A stretch of 64,000 nucleotides of DNA from Vicugna vicugna (taxonomy: Eukaryota). The position numbers and the translations under genes were made by a program. A model generated the notes under the pieces. That model saw only the letters and a list, made by a program, of their open reading frames with translations. It did no database searches and was not told where the DNA came from. The stretch is from the NCBI GenBank assembly GCA_013265495.1, contig MU059523.1, positions 7,941,503 to 8,005,502 of the forward strand, read 5' to 3'. This document shows positions 1 to 12,466 of the stretch, piece by piece; position 1 is the stretch's first letter, and the number at the start of each line of letters is the position of its first letter.

Positions 1-1123
1 ACAGGAAACATTTAAGCTTTTTGTGTCTTGCTGAATGTCAAAAATTCATGTCTATTAATTTTAGGTTATGCTAAACTGCGAGCCTGTACAAGCACTTTGT
101 TTTAAGACAAAAAGACACACAAAAAAGTCACAAAACACTACAATTTGTGTGTGTAGTAAACTATCTTCCTTAAAAATAGCTTGTCTCTTTCTTAGTTATA
201 TCACTAGTACAATAAAGTCACTACATTTAATCTTTACAAATAAAAGTAAATTTCTTATTCTGCCCCAATAGACATCCATTTCCCCCTGCTAATCTGCTAA
301 AACTTAGTCTATTTTAGCAATAAAGAGCACATGAAATGAATAGCTCTAGGCTTCTACTCATGGGCTGAATATTTGATTAAATAGTTGCAGCTGATTTGAA
401 ACTCTTGGAAGCTTCAAATTTCAAACTTCATAATTCTTTGATTATTGTACTTCTGTACTTTCATCACCTGTCTACCAATCTCTAACAACAGTGTTCACAC
501 CAGAAACACCAAAGCTCTCTAACATGAGGTGGGTGTTTTCTTCTACAAATATATACATATATAAAAATATCTTACATACTTTACAATATAAATGATAGTA
601 AGTTTATAATTTATATTATATAAAATGTGAGACGTTTATAATCTATATAATAGAAATAACAGTGAGACGTTTAGGTCTCAGCTCCTGCTGGGAACAAAGC
701 ATTAAGAACTCAGTCCAGAGGATTTCCTGAAGAGCCTACCCGCCCAAAAGATGTTATGGTTTTGTAATTGCAGTAGAAGATTTTAAAGTATCACTTATAA
801 AAAATGGTCTTGTCTCTCCTCCCTAAGAGGCTGCTGTCCAGCCAAGAGCCTGAATTTAAAGGCAAGGGCAGGGGAGAAGGTCAAATTCTTAGGGGCACGA
901 TGCTTGCTTCATGCCAGAGGAGTCAGATAACACTCAGACACCTACAGAGCTTGAGCTCCACGTTGTCATCTTTCTCGGAACATCAGATAGAAATAGACAG
1001 TTGACCCTTTAATTGGATCTGTACTTCAAAGAGGGGAGTACTTGAAGTGTGCTGTCTTTCAGAAACTTGTTTTTTCCTAAATAAGTCAATAAAAGACAAG
1101 GCTTTATATGTGTAACCAAACTC

Positions 1124-1145
1124 GTGTGTGTGTGTGTGTGTGTGT
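1124..1145. repeat. (GT)n microsatellite
   Basis: 11 consecutive GT units. Confidence 0.95.
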
Positions 1146-1337
1146 ACACTCACGTGTTTGGTTTTAATCATCATCAACTTTACCAACAACACGGTGACTT
1201 CTGCATCATATTACAGATTTTTATTTTAAAGAGGTGTGATTATAACAATGTTTACCATCTCTGGGTCATACATGGTATCCTATCTGGAGTGTGTCCTCTC
1301 ATGCACCACGCCCACCAGACAGTAGGACGAATTCTAC

Positions 1338-1879
1338 TGCTGAAAGAGCAGGAAATTAGCAAAGTGGCTTCCCTGATGCTGTATGTGTTTGCTGATTCTC
1401 CCTGACTTAAAATCCTTGCAACTTGTTTTTCTCTTTTCTCTGGCAAACCCCTATCTGTGCTTCACTTGCCCAACTGCTTTTTATACTCTCTACTCCCTAT
1501 ACATCCTTTACCTAGAATAGCTTATCCTTTAACCCAGAAGCTGTATTCCTGAAAGGTAGTCACGGGCTGATAGCTTCAGAAGAATGAACAGACCTTCTGG
1601 AGTTTCTCTGTGACGCGAGGTGAATTCCTCAAGATTAAGAAAAATGCAGTGCCCTGGAAAACACCCTGATTGCTGTTGCCTTTCTATTCCATCCAGTTTT
1701 TCTATAAAACCTCAATACACCAACCCCAAGATGGATTCACAGTCACTGAGAAACTAAGCTGCTGTGACTCCTCTTCTGCCTGGCAAAGCAATAAAGCTGT
1801 TCTTTTCTAATTCTCCCAAAACTCTGCTTCCGAGTCTCAATTTGCCCATCAGGGTACAGAAGCCGGTTTTTCCACAACA
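1338..1879 (+). mobile_element. Solo ERV1-class LTR (5' boundary uncertain)
   Basis: TATA-like ctataaaa near 1702, AATAAA at 1790-1795, then an R/U5-like stretch ending gaagccggtttttccacaaca (CA terminus), typical of ERV1 LTR 3' ends. No TSD confirmed. Confidence 0.65.
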
Positions 1880-2344
1880 CTCTGTCACAAGATTTATGTT
1901 AAGAGCAGGCTCGTGCCCCCCATCTGTCTCATATCTCACAGAGAATCTTGCTGGGACCAGTGCACTAGTGGAGGGACATCGCCCTCCTGCTGTTTTATCT
2001 TTTACGGGACAGACATGAGAAAGAAGCCTTGTTGGTAGTAGGATGGACTGACTTCAAGAAAACTGGATATGTGGTTGTCGGCTGTTTACAGAAGGCATCT
2101 GAAAACATCAGCTGCCCAACACCTGGAGGTCTTGGGCCCTGAGGAATGTTGTCATGGAGAGAAGAAGCCTGAATTTCCCTGAAGAGTCAAGATTTCACGT
2201 ATAGCTCCTTCCCCTGCGAAAGCTGGGAGTGAGACGTCCGACTCACCTCATTCATATTCTAGGCAGCGCAGCATGACTTAGAAAATTCTGCTCCTTGCAA
2301 CTAGAATGTTGGATGTGAGCCAAGAGTTGGGATCAACTTTTTTG

Positions 2345-2470
2345 CAAAGTTTATCTCATTTAATACTTCTAATTATCCTAGGAAGCAGAAACTGTTTCAA
2401 TTCTTCACTTTCCAGTTCCAGAAACTGAAATATAACAAGATTATGTAACTCTACCATGGCTCCATGCTAA
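2345..2470 (-). mobile_element. MIR SINE fragment
   Basis: tttatctcatttaat...ccagaaactgaaa resembles the reverse MIR core. Confidence 0.5.
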
Positions 2471-2879
2471 CTCAGATAACCAGGCATTGTAGCTGGGTTT
2501 TCGAAGCACTGCAGAATAGAAGCCCATTTATAAAACATTGACCAAATTTATTTATTTTTACAGTGTCAATGTATTAATGTTAGCATTAAAAATATTACAA
2601 GAAGCAATAAACATGTTGGACTGATGTGAGATTAAGCAACATGGCTGCCTATGGCACCAAAATTCATCCCAAATAAGGAAATGATAACACCTCACAGGGA
2701 TGAATTTCTCCCTATTTATTTCTAACTAAGAAGTGCCAGGAGGCAAGCTAGGAAAGGCAGTGTGACCAAAAGTAGGTCCAGAGTAAAATTATTAATTAGG
2801 TAGTTTGCCATCAGTTTCAGTGTCTGCATAAAATGTAAAAATTCTTGGCACTCTGTCCAACAGCCCCATAAGCCTTCAC

Positions 2880-3533
2880 ACTGTGAGACGTGAGCAAACT
2901 GTAACATGGCTTCTATAGGTCCAAGACTTTCTCCCTAGAATGACTCCAGCCCCCCTCAAAATCCTGGCCTGAGAAAATTCAGCAATGCGAAAAGAATTTA
3001 CCATTTGTTCCACAGCCAAAATATGACTATGGGCCTCGGTCTGCCCTTTTCTTAGAGGAGCTAATTGGAAAGAAAAAAAAAAAACTTGCGATTATAAATC
3101 CTTTCTCTCCCCTTTGAGATGTAAAGCGTCTACCACCCAGAAACATCTTGAGGACCTGGGAGTCATCTTGTTGAAATATAAACATCTAGAGGCATAGTTG
3201 TCTGGGCTCCCAGTTCCCGTGGGAGGCTGAGAATTTAACTTGGTGGGCACCTGGCTCCAATTTGCAAAGCTAGCTTCTCTCCTAAAGATATGAAAAGTTG
3301 TTTCTCTGTCAGATAAGTGCCAATCAGCAAACCACATCGACCAGCCCACCTTAACATCCTTACTACTTTTCTTTGGCACATTGCAGTATTTAAAAAGGCT
3401 CCCACCTTTTTTTTACCCCCAGTGGAATTGAGTGAGCTCAGTTTACACCGAGTCTCTCTCCCCCACTGTAGTTGTCTGAATCAACTCTGACTTACTGGCA
3501 TTCACAGCTGTCCAGCCTTGTTTCTCTTTGACA
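2880..3533 (+). mobile_element. MER34/MER39-like ERV1 LTR (5' boundary approximate)
   Basis: ctaccacccagaaacatcttgaggacctgggagtcatc...ttcccgtgggagg...taaagatatgaaaagtt and terminal tttctctttgaca resemble the MER34/MER39 group. Confidence 0.6.
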
Positions 3534-3689
3534 TGCATATTTATGTAATGTCTTAACACTCTTCCTGTCGAGCAGAGATCACTTGCAATGATATCTAACA
3601 TTGACTTGATATCTCCAGAAATGTCCTTATACCTGGAAGTTTCCTAAAATGCCCTTATAATTTATTTACCTCTCCTAAAATTGTATTAG

Positions 3690-3845
3690 CCCTGTGCTTT
3701 TCAAATATTAACCCACATATGGATCACCTAGGGATCTTGTTAAAATGCAGACTCTTGCCGCTAGATACAGGGGAGGCTTGGGATCCTGCATGTGCTCCAA
3801 ACACCCACATGATACAGATGCAGGAACGTCCTTTAAGCAGCAAGG
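3690..3845. mobile_element. MER5A-like hAT-Charlie MITE
   Basis: gtgcttttcaaa...gatcacctagggatcttgttaaaatgcagactc. Confidence 0.7.
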
Positions 3846-3959
3846 CACAGAAGGACGACTGGTTATAATGACTGACAGACCTTTTTTGGTCATTGTTTAA
3901 TGATCATTCAGTGATGATCTCCTTGATCATGCTGCTTCAAATAGCAAATCCTCCCCAAT

Positions 3960-4190
3960 CCCAATTCTTGACATTCCCTTCTCTCTTTTCTGCAGTTTTC
4001 CTCCAAAGCTTTTTTCACCACCTCAATTATTGTGTATTTTCTTATTTTTTAATAATGTATTCCTTCCCAGAAGGATATAAGCTTCATAAAGGCACACATT
4101 TGTGTCTTTCTTGTTCACAGCCATATCCACGTTGTCTCCAACACTTCTCGCCATACCATATGAGCTCAGGGAATGATTTTGATGTATTAA
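3960..4190 (+). mobile_element. L2 3' end fragment
   Basis: tataagcttcataaaggca...ttcttgttcacagccatatcc resembles the L2 3' tail. Confidence 0.55.
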
Positions 4191-5499
4191 TAGACCATCT
4201 AAATTATAGGTAGAACTAATGGTTTATTGTGTTTGAATCTCTAAGGTAACATGTACACAAGAAATGGGTACAAATGAAACCAAATGGATTGATTAACTAG
4301 CAGGAATTCCAAGCAATACTGGAGGAATATTATGGATAAAAGGACTCGTAGACCTTCGTCAGGTGTTACCATCCAGGTGACTCCTCTGGTTGTCCAAAGG
4401 ATCAGCTACTACTGGGCAGTCTGCAAGACTGAGAGGTTGATTAATTGCTTAATTAATTAATTATTGAAAAATAAAGCCCATGCCTTCTATTTTTAAGTTA
4501 TTCTAATAACTATATTCTGCATTTCAAATGTTATAAATTGGATGATAGGAAACCTACAGGACATGTAGAGCCTAATTTCCTATTTTCAAATTAATTTGAT
4601 AATTTTTCCCTTGCTGCTGCCTATTCTTACTCACTTTTATTCTTCCTAATTCCTAATATTTACTTTCTATTATAAAATGTAATATTATACAGAAATCAGA
4701 GTAGCTGTTTAGCAGTAAGACGAATCCAGAGAATACAGCACAAATCCCTTCACATATCAGTATTTAGGTTCTTATCCCTATCTGAGTCCCCTGTTTATAA
4801 CTAATATTTTACAGTGGTGCCATTACTCTTCTGAAATGACAACCATTGAAAAAATAAAATTTTTTTAAATGAATACATGTCATTTCTTAAGTGTAATGGG
4901 AATCAGACCTAATAGAAAGGTATTTGTAATAAAAGAATTTAAAAGTTAATGTATAAATACTAGTACTCAGTTACATCAGAGTTCTTTTTTTAAAGGTCTC
5001 AATTTCCCTATACAAACCCACACACTCTAGGGATTGATACCCATTAGGTTGGAAGTCTTTACATACAGAATTCTGCTATTGTTAAGTACGCGAGATGATA
5101 TAGCTCTCAGACAGTTTTGTGTGAGCGTACGTAGTATTAGTGGATTTCTTATGTTAGAGTTCTGTGGTCCTTTGATGGCTTTTCTCTGTTGAGTGTGCTG
5201 TATGGGAGCAGAAGCCCTCTGTGTGTCCTGCCCTTTGCACATAGAAATTTCCCCTCCCGCTGAGCCATTCTTTGTCCACTCGTAAGATTGCGCCTCTTTC
5301 ATTTGAAAAGCTGCATTTTGGTTGTTTCTTATTTCTGAAGAGGTCACATTTTCAAGCCTTTTCACACTCTTAGTTCAGTCTACACTCTCCCCTCTCCAAA
5401 GCAGTCACATTTTTTTTTGAGACGAAGTGCCCAGCATTTATATCGATGCCATCGTTAATATCTCATAGCTAAGAAGAGAAGTTCTGAAACAGGCATAAA

Positions 5500-8400
5500 A
5501 ATATCGCAATGCTTTCCCAAACTTTCCTCCTTCCTAATGTAGCCTTTATTTCTAATCTGTTGAAACTGAGCTCCTATAACCTATGTCTTCTCCCTTTACT
5601 TTCAGCATTATAAGCTAACTGGTTCTGCCCCATTCCTTTATTTGTTATTTATTTAAAAAAAGTGTGACTTCCTTTGCAATGCATATCTTTGCTTATGGCA
5701 TACATTTTAACCTTCATTATAAACAGGAGCACATGATTATTTGAGAAGACTTGTCATAACAAATAGATTATTAAGCACATTGTTCCAAAAGATCCATAGA
5801 AAACATCTTTAAAAATCCTGAGGAATCTGTGAAAATACACGAGCAGGAAAGTAGGGGGGGAGAATGTGGTAATAAGTGATGACAGCAGTCAGCCCCTTCA
5901 TGATAACCAAATTCTACGCCACACGTTCAAAACTAAATCTGCATCACCTCTTCAATGTCATATTCCTTTTTGTTCTTTGGAACTAACACGGTGACACTCT
6001 TCACTATCATAATGAATATTTAAAGCTCTTTTCAGATATACATTTGATCTCCGGTGTCATTTTTTATTTTCAGGCACTGTACTTGAACTGCTTTCCCAAT
6101 ATATATATATAATTGGCAAAGTGTGTTTCCTTGTGAATCCAAACGCCTGTAGCCCCTGTGGATCCTAAAACAATGCCTGGTAAGGTGGGGAGGCAGAAGT
6201 CCTGAACTGTGTTGAGGTATAGCAGATGAGCTTGGGACAGTTTGAGAATCGAGACGAGATGTGTTTTTGTTTTTGAGTGGTGGTCAATTCTACACCCCCC
6301 CTTTTTTTTTTGCTTTCAGCTCTAAAATAAGTGAATAAAGTCAGCTTTCAAAATTTCCAAAGCCATCATCTCCTTATATAACACGAGGCTTTGAGTCGTT
6401 AAATATTTCATAATTTGGGGAGATACAGCAGCTTTAGGGAAAAAAAAACCACAACTTTTTTTTTGTTTTGCAAGAAACTTTGCTATTTTTTGCCATCAGA
6501 GAAACATGTGTTTTGAGAACTATGTTGTGCTGAGACTATTGGCAAGAATTGTTTTAAATGAGTTGGTACAGACACTTAACATTTTACAGATATAAACTAA
6601 TTCCTTAGATAGCCGTAACTATTGAAGTCACCTAAAAATGTGTGCAGAAAAGTTTACCTTTTACTGTCATACATGTTACAACTGAAAAGAAAAAGTTATT
6701 TCTCAAAGCTACGTAGGGCCAGAACTTTTTCTGAAACATATTTTACTGTCCTTTTGGAAAGAACTTAACATTCATGATAAAATGCTTGAGCAATTTTCTG
6801 ACAGATTTTCAAGAAATTAAGATGTTTGCTGGGAATATTTCCTCACTCAACTAATACTCAGATTTATAGAAAGGTTAATAATCTTTAACCAGATAATTTT
6901 CTTAAAAAGTGATTGTTAAACCAATCTTTTAATTATCTTCTTATGAAATAGTCCTACTTAGATGGAATCTTTAAACAGGTTTAGACAGAACTCTCTTGTT
7001 AAGTTTGAATTAAAATTTTGACTTCTGTTTGATCAGTTTATATGACAAATTGTTTTAACAAGTTAGATAAAGTCTCAAAACTTGCCAACACTCATAGCTT
7101 GGAGAAATTAACAAAATCACATAGAAGAACTCTGCTTATGTGGCTCTTGTAAAGGCTAATAATAAACTAGCTTGAAAAAGACTAAACTTTCATTACAGTT
7201 ACCAATTTAAAAAGCTATTATCTGAGAGTTTCAAATGTGGAGAAATTAAAGTTCAATACCATGTATTCACAGAAATACAGGATGTCATATGTAATCATCC
7301 CTTTAAAAAGAACTACGCAAAAAAAAAAAAAAAGGCCCAAATAAATGGATTGGATCATTGTTCTATTACAGTAAAAAAACCCAAATGCTTCGGTTAGGTA
7401 TAAAGCTATAGTTATTAGAACTTTATAGATAAACATCACAGATGTTTAGAATCTTGAGAGTTTGAATCTGGAAAGCTAAAGGATCTTGGAACAATGTAGA
7501 AGGCCTTTGGAGACAGTTTATGAGCCACACGTAAAACTGATCACAATTTGTTTTGATCATAGTGATGCCAAACTAATCATTTACTATATTAAGAAAATAA
7601 GGCTTCAAATGAGCTTTGACTGACTCCAAAATTGGAACTTACTGCTCTCAAGTAGAGATAAACCACAGTTGAGGACACGCATATCAACTTGCTACTGGTC
7701 TTTAGAGTGTCCTGAACTGGGTGGCCAAAGGTATTTTGACTCATGCTACTGTCTTTGGGATTTGTGTTTAGCATTTTAAGGTAATTACTGTGAAGAGGAC
7801 AATCACCTGAATCTTTCCATCTGCTGGTTTACAAGCCAATATCGTTAATATACATTTGATCTTTGGCATGCAGTTATATGGAGAATATATGCTATACAGT
7901 GTAGGCAAGTACTTTATCTATTAAGCACTATTTAATATTTCTCAAATGAAATACTTCATTACGTTAGACAGCAGAAAGTCATACTTTGAGCAGTTCATAC
8001 CTGCACCTTTCCAGTACAATTGAGGGAGTAATCAAAACTGAAAAGCAATCAAGTGTCACAAAATCACTAACATTTTCTCCTAAACAACTATAATAAAATT
8101 ATCTTTTTCTGGCAGCAGATTTGTGAATACGCCATAACATTTTTCCTGTGTAGAAAAACTCATGCTTTTCATACGCTAAAGCTATGAAGGAAATGAGGAA
8201 GAACAAAATGACAAAAATTAACAGAAATGTCAATCGCTCCCAGAGAAGGAAGCAATGTGGCCTTTGGTCAAAGACTTCAAAATGGGAGGAGGAGGAATAT
8301 GGCCAATTTGCTTCTAAATCCTTGATGAATTTAGACAAGGTACATTCTACTTTCTTTGTAGTCTTTTAAAAGCAGAGATTCTCTTCATGATTGACTTCAT

Positions 8401-11400
8401 TGTTGGCCAATTTATAAAATATAGATGTCATTTTCTTAAAAAAGGAAAGCATCAAAACTATTTAAGAAAATCACTGCTTCCGAGTGCCAGTAGCAGATAT
8501 ACTTAACCCTGATCGTTCTATCCATTTTTTTTTCCCTAGAAAAAGGGCTGAGTGAATGAAAGTATAGAGCCGAGCTCTAATTCCATGCATGAAGCCAGTC
8601 ATGCTTTAAAATTTCTGACTATTCCTTTCAGGACATAAGTAGCTATTGATGCCCAGTATCCAATTATTCTATAATGACTACATTTCTTTCATATTGTACA
8701 GTGTAAGTCATTTTTCAAATAGAGCGTGTAATGAAGCTTTGCTAGGTGTAATGCAAATGAACAGGATTAATCACACCTGGGTTTTATGACACATATTCTA
8801 GAAGCATAGAGGTAGAAAGGAGAGAAACAGCTTAATGTTATAAATAATGAAACTGAGATCCACAGAAGCAAAGTAGAATAATAAAAGGGACAAACACAAA
8901 CACAAGTGGAAAAAGAAGGCATGGTGTCTTTAAAAATAAACCTGAAAGATGGTAGAGATTGCTTATACTTTGAAGGGTAATTAATTCAGGATTTGAAATA
9001 CTATATCTAAAATTCAAAACATTCTGTTTAAATCACCCCTACCTATTAGGTGTATTCTAGTAACCTGACTCTGTACTTTGTAGTTTCCTGCAAATATTAT
9101 GCTCATTTAGGTTTGTAAATGGAAAAATAACCACCCTTGCAAAGTGGAGCAGTATGCATCAGGGAATTATTCACTTTAGGTGTGGGTGGTCCCCGAGACT
9201 TGGAGACAGGCCATGTATTTGATGAATATAATCTGTTGGCATTCCTGCCACTTATCTGTAGAGTTTTCGAGAATCCTTCACTCACTGTAATAAACTCTGT
9301 CTCAGGCTTCTAGGTCTGATTCAAAATCCACCCATTTGCATAGGGAGGTTCTATCACTTTCCAAAGCCTTTGCAAGACTCAAGTCTATCATAAAATAGGT
9401 TTGTATATGTAAATTATAGGGCAATTATTTGTCATCCTCGTTTCCAATAATAGTACAGAAACGTCTGTGTTTTGAAAATGGACAACAATCATACACTAAG
9501 GAAGTATAATGTGAAGAATTAAAGAAAACTCAACTTGTACATTGTAGAAGATGTAAAACACAGGAATAGCTGGAAAATCCGTGTCTTATTTAAGTTCTTT
9601 GCTTTCTACACGTATAGAAAACCTGTAACTAATTTTACAGTGATTATCGAGTATAAGCCCTCTTGGAAATCTTATGATGTAAAGGCAGAAAGACAGAGGC
9701 AAATCTGTACTCATTAATAAAACAAAACATTTGATTAGACTATATTGATAAAATAAAATATTCATGGTTTTAGTTTATTTTCTGTTGAATTTATTAATAA
9801 TCTTTATATATATTTATATATGTATGGCTTTGAGCAAAGACAAAAGAAATACTCTAACTCATCCCTGATCATACAGTTTTTGTAAGAATTAGCTTTTCTA
9901 CTATTTTCCCAGCAGCAGGAAGACCAGTCTTTTCAATAATACATTTCTTTCTGTACAGTTTAAAACTCCATACTTATGGGCTTAACTATGTACAGAGAAA
10001 AGAGGTCACTTTTCAACTAGCAGTGGACTTTTATATTACAGGAATGTGAGTCAATTTTTCTTAACCTAAGTATATATATTCATACATATATATGTATATA
10101 ATTTACCCTGTACCACTTTATTTTTAACATATAAACCTTAGGGTTTTTTTTTTTTGTCCATTCTGTTACAAAGTGAATAAAAATTTTATGGTTGCACTGA
10201 AAGACCATGCAGCTCAATTTTGNNNNNNNNNNNNNNNNNNNNNNNNNNNNNNNNNNNNNNNNNNNNNNNNNNNNNNNNNNNNNNNNNNNNNNNNNNNNNN
10301 NNNNNNNNNNNNNNNNNNNNNNNNNNNNNNNNNNNNNNNNNNNNNNNNNNATGCTCATAAATTGAAGTTCATTCTCAGTATTTTAATAAAATAAAGGAGT
10401 TTTGTACTGATATGTAAATGGTCTTGCAGCTTCCCCATAGGTTCTAGGTAGACCGAACAATCCCTTTCTTACACCATTCCTGAAGCACCAGCATAGGTCA
10501 CCAGCGTGTTCATGATAACATCACATTGATTCCTTTCACACAAGCTGGGCTGTTAGAAATTAAACATAACAACTCATTTTGGTATTATAGGTATCAGCTC
10601 CATAAAAGGCGTAACAGGCAGCAAGGATCCAATTTAGAGTTTTTGCTTTTGTTTTTGTTTTCTGTCCTCAAGTCTGTCTGGAGGCCCTGCCCCATTTCAT
10701 GCGTGATCTTTGTCAAGTTCTTCTTAAATGGATCGCCAGTGTCAGAGATAAGGAAGACCTTCCTTTAGGTCATTGTCTTAACTTGGGTTGTGTACAGAAG
10801 TCGGTTATTAGGAACCTTCCACCTGTGTTCCAGTCATCCACCATATTCGTGGGATGCATTAGGCACAACTGATCTCTAAGGGACTTCTTTGAGAAGAAGC
10901 AGATGCTCAGAGATCGTGGAAAGAGCTAAGGAAACAGACAAACAAACAAACAATGCTCACAGACATTCGGTTTGACCCCTGCTTGCTGGCACCATGTCTG
11001 TACTTTTTGCAGCACTTTTAAAACACCAAACCTCCTATCTAAGGGCTATGTTAGTCACCACATGCCTTCAGAGTTACTAGCTATTTAGTTACAATACACA
11101 TAGCGCAAAGTGTGTATTCCCAAGCAGACATGATGCTATAGTGTATTTATTTTTTAAATTAACACCACTGTAAACTACCAACTACAGTGAAGACACAGAA
11201 CACACTGGTGACTCCAAATCAAGCTATGGTTTACAAATCATTTTTGAAATAATAATACTACTAATAATGATAATAATAATAATAACATTAAACGAAAGTG
11301 AAAACCTCACTTCTAGACTTAAGTCAGAGATCCAAGTCAGCCTTATAGGAATTTCAAGATAGGCAATTAATGAATGGTTATACTTGTCTAAGAACGAGAA

Positions 11401-12466
11401 ATACTGTAAGCCTTTTCCCTACATGCTTTGAACCTTTTTTTTTTTTTCCCCAAAAAGCATGCAGGGCCTATTTTCGGATGCTTGATTATGGCAAGAAGGA
11501 AGAAAAGGAATGATGTTCGGTGTAATACAAGCAATTTGTAGAATCGAGCATACAGTTTTGCATAAAACATTGCAGGTTAAAATAATATTGTAGGTTTCAA
11601 GCCATTGCATTACAGTTGAGTAAGTGTCACAATTAGGTTTTGTAAAATTTAAAATCTAAGTTTCGAAGTGAAGCAATAAAACTAAATTCTTCAACGAGGA
11701 CTTTTACCTTCATACAGCACAGAATAGGTATTTTTATCTGGGTTGGAAAAGTTATTTACAACTAACATTGATTGAGTCTTGGTAAAAGTCCGATAACACG
11801 TGAAGAGAAATATCCCCTCGGCTCTCTAAAAGATCGTGGACGTGTTTGAGGTTAGAGAAAGTCATAGCGGTGGCAATGCTAGTCCCCTACCACGGCCAAG
11901 CATAAGGTGTGATCTTTAACCTAATTCAAAATTGAAAGCACCAAAAAACAATTTAGAGCTATAAAATGGGATTTGCTCTTGAATCCTCCATAATTAATAA
12001 CTAACAATTTAGATGCAGAGAGACAGCTAATGAGAGAAGTTTTCATTGGTGCTATTCAGTAGCTCACTTGAGTTGCCTTTTTAAAACCAGAGGTTTGTTT
12101 CCATTGAATTCAAGAACTCTTCATAAAATAGAGAAATACATATATCAAAGGAATTAAGTAAAAGTAGGTTAAAAATAAATAATCTTACAACAACATTTTA
12201 AATCCTTTAATGATTTAAAGAAAGGAAGACATATAACACTGAATGCTAAACAAGTCTTTTGAACTTCTCTTGAGACTTTTAGGTGTAGATTTAATCGTAT
12301 ATGTATATATATATATATATTTTACATTTTGCATGTAGGCCAGAGCTGTCTAAAATATCTCTTCATAGTAGGCTATAGGGATCTATCAGGAGATAGAATA
12401 AAATAAGGTCTGAGCATATTCTCAGTTTATTAGAGTATTTCTTTCTGCTTTGACAATCAGCAGGGA
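5500..12466 (-). other. HCN1: Putative long HCN1 3' UTR (distal boundary uncertain)
   Basis: Directly follows the stop codon, AT-rich and nearly free of recognisable TEs. Minus-strand AATAAA hexamers (plus tttatt) at 5545-5550, 5637-5642 and 5648-5653. The start of the UTR resembles the human HCN1 3' UTR as I recall it; the end position is inference. Confidence 0.5.
10223..10350. other. N gap (128 nt)
   Basis: Run of n in the sequence. Confidence 1.

Noticed and set aside
10080-10394. ORFs spanning N gaps (also near 44515-44709, 47608-47953 and 61070-61411)
   Set aside because: They stay open only because N codons translate as X; only the exon 6 flanks are real coding sequence.
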